Below, piece by piece: positions 49,801 to 61,004 of a DNA stretch of 64,000 nucleotides (position 1 is the first letter of the stretch; each line of letters opens with the position of its first letter). The translations under genes were made by a program, and so were the position numbers. Source of the stretch: Penicillus capitatus. Its lineage: Eukaryota > Plantae > Chlorophyta. Location: assembly GCA_965649825.1 (NCBI GenBank), contig OZ287701.1, positions 981,101 through 1,045,100 on the forward strand, in the 5' to 3' direction. The notes under the pieces were generated by a model. The model made no database searches. It saw only the letters and a list, made by a program, of their open reading frames with translations, and was not told the DNA's origin.

Positions 49801-52800
49801 ATCAAGGACGACCGATGGACATTCAAGTGATCCACGCAACGATGGATCTGCTGGTGACAGCCTGCATCCATGACTCAGAGTTCATCGCCTTTCTTGTCTA
49901 TCCCTCGACGCTGGTGCCCGATTGCGTCAACAAGGTGCCGAGCTTGTTAGATATGTGCTGGCGGGTTGTGTCGAACCATCAGAGAATGTTCCGTGAACAG
50001 CCGGCCCTTCTCTGTTCTGCCCTCAAAGGCATGCGTGCCATTCAGACAAGCGCAAAGAGTCGAGGAAAACAGGCGTGGGAGATTTTGAGGGGACAGAACG
50101 GATGCTATGATGCCCTCCTGGAGATCGGTATCAAGAAACGACCGGAGATGCGAGACCAGGGAGACCTCCGCGAGATCGATCGATTTCGCGAAGTCCATGA
50201 GCACAGCCAGGCACTGGCTCTCGAAATTCTCTCCGTCGAGATCCAGCAGGCAACGCCAGACACCGGACGAAAGGCATTGCTTCTGTCGATTCTCGATGCC
50301 AGATGGGACGCCTGGTCAGATCTCCTCAGAGATGTCTGCTATGCCGAGCGCGATGAGGGACTGGCAACCGGCGTCGACACCTCTGCCAATTCGATGGCCT
50401 TTGAGATGATCGCAGCGATGGGACCCAGTGGACCGGCATACGGAATATCGATGCCATGGATCACAGAACTGGAAGAGGTGCCTCTCTCGACAGCAGTCCC
50501 AAACAGAAGGCGCACGCGCGGGCTGCTTCTAGGTTGTGGGTGAAATCCTGATGAGTCAGGAGCAGAGGGTCGAAAACGTGTCACAGTACATTAAGTCTGT
50601 GATGCAGACTGGAACAGTGGACGATAACCAGATGGCACAACGCCTGTCACATCTCAAGTGCTGCTCAGCGCCTTACGAGTTCCTAGGCACCGATATGCGT
50701 CCTGCTCATTGTCTTCTGGAACGGATGATCAGGCGATGCGCTCAATGGAATCCCGGTCCTCTCCATCTCGTGCAGAATACTGACCACCTGTTCACCGTCG
50801 AGGAGCTCCCGGAGTGCATCACCTCGCATTGTACCATCTTCAGTGCCCTCAAGGGTTTCCTCGGTGTCTACCTGAGGTACGGCAGTTGTGGGCATCCATC
50901 GCCTTTGATGTGACGTTTGTAGGAGTCGTGTGCAGATGCCGTCGATTCGAATGCGTTCGGTGACGGCATGGCGCGGCATCACAAAGGCCATCTTCACCAC
51001 AGCCAATGCAGAATTCCCCAATGCCAGGGAACGATTGCGAGCAGCTTTGGCGCTGATCAGCGATCTCACTGTCCACTGGACGCGCAAGGCTCAGCAGATT
51101 CTCCACAATCTCGCCTCTGCTTTTGTCCATCCCTCGGACACGACAGGCACGGCGCTCATGAAGCAGGAGCTCTACTGGATCGCGCAGTTCTGTGCGGAGT
51201 TGACGAAGGGCAGCGTCGATATGGCCAATCAGATCACGCGCTTCAAATCGGAGCCCCTTCCCTTTCGTACGGCATCCGGTTCGCCTTCGCCCTTTCGCCA
51301 CTCCGTTGTGTCAACCGGCCCCGGCGAAGAGGAGCTATCGCTGCTGCCAAGAGAGAGCTGGACTCAGAGTCTGAGCGCCTGGTTTGTCTCCTTCTCTGAA
51401 TGGAATCAGTATCCAGATCTCAGCCAATGCGAACAGCCGGTCCAAGAAACCACGCAGCATCTCATTCTCCTCTCCGGTCATGTCCTTCCACACATGTCCT
51501 TCCGCAGAGGGTCGGATCGCGCCGCCCAGCGTCAGATCTTTACCGGGATTCTATTCGCGACCGATCCATCCAGGGTCGGCTTCTCCGTTGCGAACGCTGC
51601 GCTGATTGCTCTGTCTAAGTGGACGCAGTCGACGGAACGACGGGAAGACGAGATGCTGTCCATTCTGTACAGAGATTTGCCGCTGGATGACCTCTTCAAG
51701 ATCGCCGTCTACCATATCCGGCACCTCATCGTCGATTCTGGCGATTCTGATCTCGCCCGAGAACTGCGCCTCTGGTCGCAAAATCTCCTCATCCTCTGCT
51801 GCAGCTTCGCCCGAGATGCACAGCTGCAGCACTGTCTGCTCAAGAAGGACACCATATGGGGGCTGTGGAACTACTGCTGTGCGCTTTTCTCTCCCTTGGG
51901 TGGAGATCTCTACTGTCAAGGCGAAGAGCCCATTCACTTTCAGCTGCCGATCTCGATCGAGACCCTACGTGGCGCCTCCAAGGCCATAGAGTTCAACCAC
52001 GATGTCCATCTACGCAAGGCATACCTAACAGATCTCGAGCCCAGTCCAGCATACCGTCAGTGGTGCCTATTGCTGCGAGTCATTGGCGATCTCACACAAT
52101 CGGCCATCGGCAGTGCAGAAGGCCAACTGATGTCACTCTTTGAGCGAACGGCCTCTGTGCTATTCCAGTCCTTTCCGCAGTACTTTCAAGATACCTTCGG
52201 TACATACCGTCAGCCTCTGACGCTGGCCAGGGTCGAGAGGATGGAAGCGTCGCTACGGTTTCTCTTGATGACGCACGAGGCCTTTTCCGTTTCGACCTCG
52301 TTGCTCTCACACTATCACCATCGCCGAAACGATATCCTGACATTCCTGTGCGAGTCCTCCACGATCCTGCATCGCACGGATGGCCGATTTGTGTGCCCGC
52401 CGATATCGCCGTCGGAGAAGAGTCTGGCAAAGAAACGCATGACGTTCGATACAGACATGGGCCTCTTTCGTATCTGCAAGATCGGCGCCCATCGTCCTTT
52501 CTTCCCAGACGAAAATCAGAGTCCGTTCGGCGAAGCCCGTCCGGCAAGCTCCGCTCTGATCGTGAGCCATCCACGTCCAACCGTACCCAACTTTCCCCTC
52601 TCGCAATACGCCTGGAAACTGGCCAAGGGATTGTATCACTGTATTGCGATGTCTCTGGAGTACGTGCGTCGTTCCACGCCTTCGGAGATGCGACGCGAGA
52701 TGGGATCCAGCAGAATGGTCTTCAAAGAGGTGATGCTACGACTGCAGCACGATGTGCGAGATCTCTGCTCGTGGTTGGCAAACGCAATGCTGTCCGAAGA

Positions 52801-52969
52801 GATCCCAGAGATCCGTATGGACATTCCGGAGCTGGCGGAATCGTTCGCACGCATTGCCCATGTGACGGAAGAGTTTTTGGGAGACTGGGGTGTGCACAGG
52901 AGACGCGGACAGCAAGATCAGTTCCATTCTCAGATCGAGGTCATGCATCAGCTCATCGATGACCACTAG
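46810..52969 (+). CDS. NUP188: Very large alpha-solenoid protein, NUP188-like nucleoporin
   Basis: Multi-exon helical protein approaching 1900 aa; N-terminal FFKGLGLF...ARKISRDL...YFVERLALIKSV resembles the Nup188 N-terminus. Identification rests on size and these motifs only. Confidence 0.55.
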
Positions 52970-53049
52970 ATACTCCCACGCGAATGATGTGACAGATGTG
53001 TGAGAATACGTGTGAACAAGAGCGGTGTTTAAAAGAGAGCATCTCTGAA

Positions 53050-55908
53050 TCAAAGCACAGGCAAAGCTGTCGATGGGTTCGATTTGAGATAGTCTTCCGT
53101 CGCTTTGAGCGTCGCCGTGGCGTCCATCATGTCGTCCATACGTATCGAATCGCGTCGTCGGAGGGAGAAGAGCTCGGCCTTGAGGGCGGCGAAGAGTCGA
53201 GCGAGGTAAGGGTAGTTCTGATCGATGCCGTCTTGAAGAGACGCCACGAGTTGCAAGAGACGACGATCGGTCAGTCGAGAAAACAGCATGCCTTGTCGAA
53301 AGTGGAGAAATTCTGTCAGAAAGCCCTTGGCATAGGGATTGTGCCCTTTCAGAAGATCCGCCCGAAAAAAGGACTCGGCATATCTGAGCATAAAGAACGT
53401 GCCCATGCGCTTGATCCGGCAACGAAAGAGAAGCCGCCGGAAGGTATGCTCCTGAACATGTCTCTGATCCAGCTTCGTGGCAGATTCCAACATCTTCATC
53501 AACGATCCGTTATCGACGCGCTCGTGCGTCAGGAAGGTCTCCACCAGTCGTGCTGTCACATCAGATGGCATGCGTCCTGTATTGGACAGCGCCGTCAGGA
53601 CGCTGCTGAGACCGGCAGGGGTCATGTGTGAGATGGCCTCACAGTTATCGCGCTTAAGCTCGCTGACAAGTAACTCCCAGATTCCAGCGTCCGTCACTCG
53701 GAGCTTGCCAAGAGAGTGCACGATCCAAGGCAGCTGCTCGCGTTCTTCGGGTGACATCGCCGATCGACTGCCGACAGGGATGAGCGATCGAATGATCTTT
53801 TCCAGGGCGTCGCGATTAGAATACTGCAAAATCGTCAAGGCGTGCAGAATCACAGACAACTGTTTTTTGCTGAAGGTTGGGAGCCGTGCCGGATCCAGGA
53901 CGTATGATATGAGCTCGTCGAGTAGATGCTTGTCTTGTATTCTATGGTATGCCATCGACAAGACCAGCGTTGACAGAATCCCAGTGTCCATATCTGCACG
54001 GCGCTCCTTTCGCAGAATCTCCTCGAGCAAAGGTCCCGTCACCTGGCTCCGCTGATAGCCGCACTTGCCCAATCCAAAAAAGATATTGCAGACTTCAAAG
54101 GTGTTGAACGTCGACCAGTCCGTTCTGAAGAAAGGCAGCAGCAGATCGTCGAGCGTGCGCCAGTCGTGAAAGCGCAATTCGCCGAGGCCGAAGAAGAGAC
54201 AAGCCCAGAGCTTCGACGTGAATCGATCGATGACGTCTGGCTTCAGCGCTCTCCGGACGAACGGCGTGATCTCCTGTTTCGGAACCAGACGACAGCATCG
54301 GATTCCGCCAAGGGTATAGATCGTCAGGGCGATGGAGAGCGAAGAAGGCGTCGGCAATTGCAGAATGGCCTGACTCAGCGCGGCACCAGATTTGCGCAGA
54401 GTGGTCGTGGCCTTCCATCGCACACGGTTCAATGCCACGAAGGCGCCCACGAGATTCTCTTCGGACAGACAGCTCAGTCTCTCGGGCGTCGTGATCTCTC
54501 GGAAGAGTTTCGCGATCAGCGGCTGCTGTGGAATAGTCGAACGATGCACGAGGCCATGGATGGCAGTCATAAGGGTGACATCACGAAAAGAAGATAGCCG
54601 CCTTCGTCGGAGGATTTCGACGGATACCGCCTCCCATACGATCGGCCGTTGCACTCGGCTGCCAAAACTGTAGAGCACCATCGCCAGACCTTCCTCGTCG
54701 AAGTTCTTTAATCGAAGGCGAAAGACAGACGCCTGACTCAACTGATCCCACAGATTCAGGTCTTCGATATCCAGTAGATGCATTCCGAGGGCGAGCTGGG
54801 AGAGTCCCCGAGCATCGAGCTGTGCGATACGGTCCAGTTGCTTGATGTGACGTACGAGTCGTGCAATGTCGGAGGAGCAGGAGTGAGACAGACGACCAAG
54901 GGAGAGACAGATGCTGGCGAAGGTCCTGCCATCGTAGCGCAAGATGCGTTCCCGGCGACACGCTTCCGTCGCGAGCTTTGCATGGATATCATCATTTCGC
55001 CATTGCATTCTGGCGGCGCTCTCGAGTAGAGAAGCGACGGTGGCGTTGGAGAAGAGGCCAAAATTCATTTCGCTCAGTGCCAATCGCGTCAACGGCTGCA
55101 GCGTGTAGTAGTCGGAGATGCCCATTCGACTCAGTCCGTGCACCAGACAGGCGAGGTGGGTCGGCGAGAGGCCATTCAGTTTGGAAGCGGATTCGATACA
55201 TGCGACGATGCTCTGCTGAAGTGACGTTTCACGAAACTGTAACACGCTGATCGCATCGATGATCTTGACTGTGTGCTCGACATCGATCGCTGTCTCCAGC
55301 ATCGACATGATGTGATGTGACAGCTGATGCAGCACTTCATGCGATGCCTCTGCCATAGAGAACGACGCATCTCTGGCGATTCTGTGCAGCTGCGCCAACG
55401 AGGCAACGCAGTTTACGACGTCTTGATGCGAGAGATGCTCCTTTGAGAAGACACGAGACTGTCCACATGATGTGACAAACTGTCGCAGGGCATTTCGATC
55501 GAGAGAGGACTGTCGAGTGCAGGTCTGGAGAATGCGAATAACCGTCTGCGGCGCAGCGCCATCGAGTTTCTGCGCCGCCTCGATCAGCAACTCCGCGACA
55601 GACGCGTTCGATACGGACGAACGAACTTCGGCCGACGCCAGCAACTCATGGATCTGCAGAAGGGATAAGGAGGACACGTGCGTGCCTGTTGTACACTCCG
55701 TTGATACCAGCGTTGGTGGTGATCCAGCTACTGGACGGTCTTCGTCTCCTCCTGCCTTCGACGGCGCTGCATGAAAGACGCGTGATGTGACGTGCCGTGC
55801 GCTGTCGAGGACGCATGGCAGCAGTTCTATTTGCGGACAGCGACAGATTAGACGGACGACGTTGCAGACGGCATGTCTTTCAGTTGATAGGAAGAACCCG
55901 AGCCACAT
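53050..55908 (-). CDS. Organelle-targeted helical-repeat protein (OPR/FASTK-like, ~38-aa repeats), single exon
   Basis: 952-aa ORF with ~37-38-aa repeats, e.g. FNTFEVCNIFFGLGKCG, FSKKQLSVILHALTILQ, LSPTHLACLVHGLSRMG; basic N-terminal targeting-like sequence; no RAP domain seen. Confidence 0.72.
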   Translation of the reverse strand: MWLGFFLSTERHAVCNVVRLICRCPQIELLPCVLDSARHVTSRVFHAAPSKAGGDEDRPVAGSPPTLVSTECTTGTHVSSLSLLQIHELLASAEVRSSVSNASVAELLIEAAQKLDGAAPQTVIRILQTCTRQSSLDRNALRQFVTSCGQSRVFSKEHLSHQDVVNCVASLAQLHRIARDASFSMAEASHEVLHQLSHHIMSMLETAIDVEHTVKIIDAISVLQFRETSLQQSIVACIESASKLNGLSPTHLACLVHGLSRMGISDYYTLQPLTRLALSEMNFGLFSNATVASLLESAARMQWRNDDIHAKLATEACRRERILRYDGRTFASICLSLGRLSHSCSSDIARLVRHIKQLDRIAQLDARGLSQLALGMHLLDIEDLNLWDQLSQASVFRLRLKNFDEEGLAMVLYSFGSRVQRPIVWEAVSVEILRRRRLSSFRDVTLMTAIHGLVHRSTIPQQPLIAKLFREITTPERLSCLSEENLVGAFVALNRVRWKATTTLRKSGAALSQAILQLPTPSSLSIALTIYTLGGIRCCRLVPKQEITPFVRRALKPDVIDRFTSKLWACLFFGLGELRFHDWRTLDDLLLPFFRTDWSTFNTFEVCNIFFGLGKCGYQRSQVTGPLLEEILRKERRADMDTGILSTLVLSMAYHRIQDKHLLDELISYVLDPARLPTFSKKQLSVILHALTILQYSNRDALEKIIRSLIPVGSRSAMSPEEREQLPWIVHSLGKLRVTDAGIWELLVSELKRDNCEAISHMTPAGLSSVLTALSNTGRMPSDVTARLVETFLTHERVDNGSLMKMLESATKLDQRHVQEHTFRRLLFRCRIKRMGTFFMLRYAESFFRADLLKGHNPYAKGFLTEFLHFRQGMLFSRLTDRRLLQLVASLQDGIDQNYPYLARLFAALKAELFSLRRRDSIRMDDMMDATATLKATEDYLKSNPSTALPVL

Positions 55909-56045
55909 CGATTGTCAAACGTCCCATCATTCTTGGCCGTCTCTGTCATGCTGAGGTGACAGAGGCTAGAACCATACTCCGAACAAGCGTGACAAATGAC
56001 ACAGAGCTTACAGGTCAAAACACAGTTGATATAACCCATATGGTA

Positions 56046-57146
56046 CTAAGCAGGAGATGGTGGCTGCTCAGGAACCGTCAGTCCACGCGTCTTGCACGTA
56101 TGCTCCACGAACTCATCGATTAAGTACGGCCAGGCGCCATTGGGATCGAAATTTGAGAAATCTGATCGCACCGTCTGCAGGTCACACAAACGCATTTCTC
56201 ACACTTTGTCGGAAAGAGTGAGGCGTGTGACTGACCCATGCAAAGTCCAGCAGCTGATCCCATGTGTCTTTCTGGATGGCAATGAGGTCTTTGTTTTCGA
56301 GAAAGGCGCACCAATCGGGTAGCAATTCCCATTGACGTTTGTCACGGAACATCAACTGCCACAGCGCCGTCGCCAAATTCTTCTCCACAAACCTCTTCCC
56401 TGTCTACAACCATCGCCAGAACAGCATAAGAGATGATCATCTCGTGGCAGACTTCGCGAGCAAAGAGAAAAGAGAATTCGTAGACTTTCCGGAAAGTGAC
56501 ATCCGAGTCGAGCTCGGTCGGCAGTTCCGACAGTCGCTCTTTCAGTTTGTCTAGGGAGTCGCATCCGAGCCGCACCATGGCCGCCGTAAACTCCTCTTTG
56601 CTGAACATTCCCATATGGGCAGCATTAGCATAGTAGCTGAAGACCAACTAGATAGCCAAAGAGTGAGATCTCACACATGATGATCATGAAGTACGAGTGA
56701 GATGTCCGAAGGATCGACATCCAGGTCTTCACAGAACTGTCCGACACCATGGGCGGACATGATGTCTCCATCCGGATCTGGAAAAGAGTGAGAAGTGTGA
56801 GAATATTGTTATTTTGTGATACCTTTGTATTTGTTCCATAGTCTGTCGATGCTGCGCTTGTCCGTTCTCGAAGCGGATCGAACGGGAGCGCGTGTGTTGC
56901 TGTTGTTGAAGTAGGTATCGAGGGAGCGCTGCAAATTAAACCCGGCGTTTTTCAACGCGTCGAGCGCCATCCTCTCACTCCATTCACAAACGCAGACACT
57001 CAGCAAAGGACTGGCACAAGAGACGACGACGACTTGCTGCCCGTCACAGCGCGAAACTGCTCGATGTCTCTCTTCTGTTGACGATTGAGGCGATTCTACG
57101 ACACACAGGTCGCAGCTGCGGTGAGCGTTGTCGGGTATCCTACCAT
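56046..57146 (-). CDS. DCN1: DCN1-like (defective in cullin neddylation) protein
   Basis: UBA-like N-terminus (IEQFRAVTG...ALDAL), FCEDLDVDP, FSKEEF, VYEFSFLFA, W..FL, I.KDTWDQLLDF and D.NGAWPYLIDEFVE (PONY domain). Confidence 0.92.
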
Positions 57147-57291
57147 GGCAAAATGTCGTGTGGGATGACGCAGGAGCGTTGGACAAGTGGAAGGGAATGG
57201 CGGTGCGCGCACCGTTCATCGTTCCGTCCGACGTCTCCTAGGCCGTGCACGACACCTGCGCAGCACACGACGCAATCCCATCCGTCTGACG

Positions 57292-58665
57292 ATGTCCGAT
57301 AACGCTGAGCCTTGCGTCGTGCCCATCGTCTGCGATAATGGCTCTGGAATGATCAAGGCAGGATTTGCCGGTGCGTACATTCACCCTCCCTCACTCCTGA
57401 CCCTTTGCTATTTGTCGTACAGGAGAGGCCACACCGCGTGCCGTCTTTCCCTGTCTCGTTGGACGGCCACGTAGTTCCAATGCCTCAGTCATGACCGGCA
57501 GCAATCCGAAGAAGCATTATGTGGGAGAAGAGGCGCAAGGGAGGCGCGGGATACTGACGCTGAATTATCCCATCAAGTATGGCGTCGTGACCGACTGGGA
57601 TGACATGGAGAAGGCACGTCATCGCTGACATGACGTCTGCTCAGATGGTTGATGTGACAGGTGTGGCATTACACTTTTTACCAAGAGCTGAAGGTCGCCC
57701 CTGAGGAGCATCCGATTCTGGCCACAGAGGCGCCGCTGAATCCAAAGAACAATCGCGAGAAGATGACGCAGATTCTGTTCGAGATGTTTTCTGTACCGGC
57801 TGTCTATGTCAGCATCCAGGCTGTCCTCTCGCTCTATGCCAGTGGTCGCACAACAGGCATCGTGTTAGATGCGGGTATGATGTGACAGCTCGGTCATCTG
57901 TGTGAGATGCTGCCGTAGGCGATGGCGTTACACACACCGTGCCCATCTACGAAGGCTACGCACTGCCCAATGCCATTCTTCGTCTGCAACTGGCCGGACG
58001 TGATCTAACTGACTACATTGCTAAACTGCTACTCGAACAGGGCGTGTCCTTTCTGACCAGCTCCGAGAAAGAGATCGCGCGCGATATCAAAGAGAAGACG
58101 TGTTACGTGGCACGCGATTACGCAAAGGAGTTGGAGAAGACGTCGTTGGAAGAGAAGCCCTATACACTGCCCGATGGCCAAGTCCACCGCCTCTCTGCGT
58201 CTATGTGTCCAGAAATGAACGTGTAGGTCATTCAAATCGGCAGTGAACGATTTCGCTGTCCCGAGGCACTCTTTCAGCCGCATCTCATCGGCGTTGAGGC
58301 GGTCGGCATTCACGATACCGCGTTCAATTCGATCATGCGTTGCGATCTCGATATTCGTCGAGATCTCTACGGCAATATCGTCATGTCGGGCGGCACGACG
58401 ATGTTTCCAGGTGCGGTCGCGAGCCTGCGTGGATGTGACCGTGATGTGACAGGTTGTAGGAATGGCAAATCGGATTCAGAGGGAGTTGATGGATCTGACG
58501 CCGAGTTCGATGAAGATCAAAGTGGTGGCGCCGCCGGAGAGGAAACACTCTGTCTGGATCGGTGGGTCGATTTTGACATCGCTCTCAACTTTTCATAACA
58601 TGTGGATTTCGCAAACGGAGTACGAGGAGGCCGGGCCGTCGATCGTACACAGGAAGTGTTTCTGA
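57292..58665 (+). CDS. Divergent actin (NAP-like)
   Basis: [63 protein letters not shown]; full length, with many substitutions relative to conventional actin; 5 introns, one of them GC-AG. Confidence 0.93.
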
Positions 58666-58755
58666 TGGACGGAAGGACGTACTCGGGAGTCTAGTCACCT
58701 CATGCGACGATAATTTGACGTTCCCTCGCTCATCAATGAACGCCATTTTCGTTGT

Positions 58756-58760
58756 TGTAA
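58756..58760 (+). terminator. Chlorophyte TGTAA polyadenylation signal for actin
   Basis: TGTAA ~90 nt after the actin stop. Similarly placed TGTAA signals follow CCDC61 (42008-42012, minus), the acidic protein (~60936, minus), AKR (~34697) and the plastid protein (44284-44288, minus). Confidence 0.6.
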
Positions 58761-58797
58761 CTGCGACGAAATTCATCGCTCGAAAACGGCATGGGAC

Positions 58798-58829
58798 GTC
58801 ACATCAAGACACACCTTCTGTGATGTGAC
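58798..58829. repeat. Inverted pair GTCACATCA-N14-TGATGTGAC between actin and RNase HII
   Basis: Read directly from the sequence. Confidence 0.85.
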
Positions 58830-58977
58830 CGTTCTTCTGAATCTCTGTTCTGTTCTGTGCGTACATGGAGTGCCGCGCCAATTCGACTTCGGCCAGAAGA
58901 GCGTCGCTGTCACGTCGGTCACACTTCTGTCGCTATCCCATGGAGACGCACGTCTCGAAAGTGCTTGCCTTCGATGG

Positions 58978-59770
58978 ATGGCCTTCATCGAGTATGGGTC
59001 GTCTTTTTTGCAGCGAACACCGCCGCCGACGTTTCGATACGAGGAAAAGCATTGGAGACAGGGTCGACGTTGTGTCGTGGGTGTTGACGAAGTGGGTCGC
59101 GGGGCGTTAGCAGGACCCGTTGTCGCCGCAGCCTGTCTCCTCGATCCACGCGTCGAGATCGAAGTCTCCCGACACGATTCGATCCGATTTCCAATCAGAG
59201 TCCTTTCTTTCATAGGGACTGCGCGATTCAAAGCGCCTCACTCAACGACAGATTCGACGTATCTCCGATGTAGTGATGAAGAAGTCGATGACTTACTGCG
59301 TGTACGATTCCGTGACGATATCACACTTTCGGTCACTCTTTTTATCGCAGCTGTGTGATCGATCACGACGAAATCGATCGTCTCAATATCCGACAAGCGA
59401 CACTGAAAGCGATGCACGGCGCAGTATCGAATCTGCAATTGCGATCGGGCCACGATATCGATATGGTCCTCATCGATGGTCAAGATACCCCCGTCGATTT
59501 GACGATCGACTCCGAAACCATTGTCCACGGAGACGATCTCAGTCTTTCCATCGCCGCGGCGTCCGTCGTCGCAAAGGTTTCGCACAAAAAAAACGATCGT
59601 CACCAATGTGTGAGATCCAGGCAATGCGTGATCGGATCATGGAATCGTACGATGAGGAGTATCCTCAGTATTGCTTTGCCTCGAATAAAGGGTACGGAAC
59701 AGAAAGGCATCGGGCAGCGATTAAGGAACACGGTCCCTGTCCAATACACCGAAAAACGTTCAAGATGTGA
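58978..59770 (+). CDS. rnhB: Bacterial-type ribonuclease HII (probably organellar)
   Basis: [67 protein letters not shown]...[10 protein letters not shown]. Start may lie further upstream. Confidence 0.92.
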
Positions 59771-59837
59771 CCTGCCCAGATTTAAACGCATCTCAGACGA
59801 TGCACGGTTTGAAAGTGTGACCGAAGAGTGAGATCTT

Positions 59838-60170
59838 TCAGTCCGACGTCTTCTTCTTTTGCTGTGCCGCTTTGTACTTCTCCATGGCAAGCATACGTCT
59901 CTTGAAATCTTTGTACTCGCATTTTTCGTATTCGTGTAGTTCGTGTTTGCATGCCCACGGCATGTAGAAGTGCTCGTGGCGGCATTTGTTGAGCGGAATG
60001 AGGAGATGGGCACAGAAGTCGCGGTAGTTCAGGGGAAGCTTCGCCTCGGCCATCTCTTCCTGAAACCATATCACGTTCGCGATCGTCTCGCGCAGTAAGT
60101 TCTCGGTGTTGACCTGCGTCGCTATCATCTTGGGCGGTTTATAGTACGCTGCGGGATCGTCGGTCGACAT
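59838..60170 (-). CDS. NDUFB7: NADH dehydrogenase 1 beta subcomplex subunit 7 (B18)
   Basis: MIATQ|EEMAEAKLPLNYRDFCAHLLIPLNKCR...CKHELHEYEKCEY twin-Cx9C pattern. Confidence 0.95.
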   Translation of the reverse strand: MSTDDPAAYYKPPKMIATQVNTENLLRETIANVIWFQEEMAEAKLPLNYRDFCAHLLIPLNKCRHEHFYMPWACKHELHEYEKCEYKDFKRRMLAMEKYKAAQQKKKTSD

Positions 60171-60214
60171 GGTGTCGAATAGGGAATGCGTGAAAATGGA
60201 TCCGTCTTTGCGTG

Positions 60215-60881
60215 ATGAAGCTGCCGCCGAATCATGTACCGGGCGTCGGCGTCGTCCAGAGCACAGCATGGGGCGGCATTGGGCAGAAACTGCTGGAGAA
60301 GATGGGATGGTCTGCCGGAGAGGGACTCGGAAAACGGCGTGACGGTCGACGCGAGGCGATCCGTGTACAGACCAAACACAACACCCAAGGAGTACACACT
60401 CATGCTGACGAGACGTCACATCAGTCTTACTCCAGCTAGGACTCAAGAAGAAAGACGACTGGGATGTCGAGTCATGGAAAGAGATCTACGAGAACAGTCT
60501 ACAGAAATTGAGCCAGGTACATACGGAATGGAGTGAAGTGTGACGGAGACGTGTTTGTTCGTGCAGGTGGTGAATGCGAGCGATACCGACTCGAGTTCTT
60601 CAGAGGAAGACGCAGAGGAGAGGACCGAACGTAGAACGAATCCAGACGGCACTGTGTCTACGGCGGCCCATCGGGAATTGCAAATCTATGCCTATCTATC
60701 GAAGCCGCAGCAACGGCAGATGGGACGATGGTCTTCTCGGAGTGCCAAACTCGAACGGATCCGAAAACAAGAGCAGCAGCAAAAACAAGAACCGCCGCCG
60801 GATCGAACCAAAAAACGCAAAAAATTCAAGAAAAGCACAGACCGAACGGAAGCGGTATCCAACAAAAGAGTGAAAGAGTGA
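60215..60881 (+). CDS. G-patch domain protein (PINX1/GPATCH4-like N-terminal G-patch)
   Basis: GQKLLEKMGWSAGEGLGKRRDG...K.NTQG|LG G-patch, followed by a WxEIYENSL helix and a lysine-rich tail. Confidence 0.8.
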
Positions 60882-61004
60882 AAGAGTGAGAAACGTGCTT
60901 TGGATGGCGTGGACGGAAACGGACATGGTTTCTTTGTTACATGCAAAGCCGTCAAAAAATGATGTCTCAAAACAAAACGATGTGCGTATGGGGGAGGACA
61001 TCGT

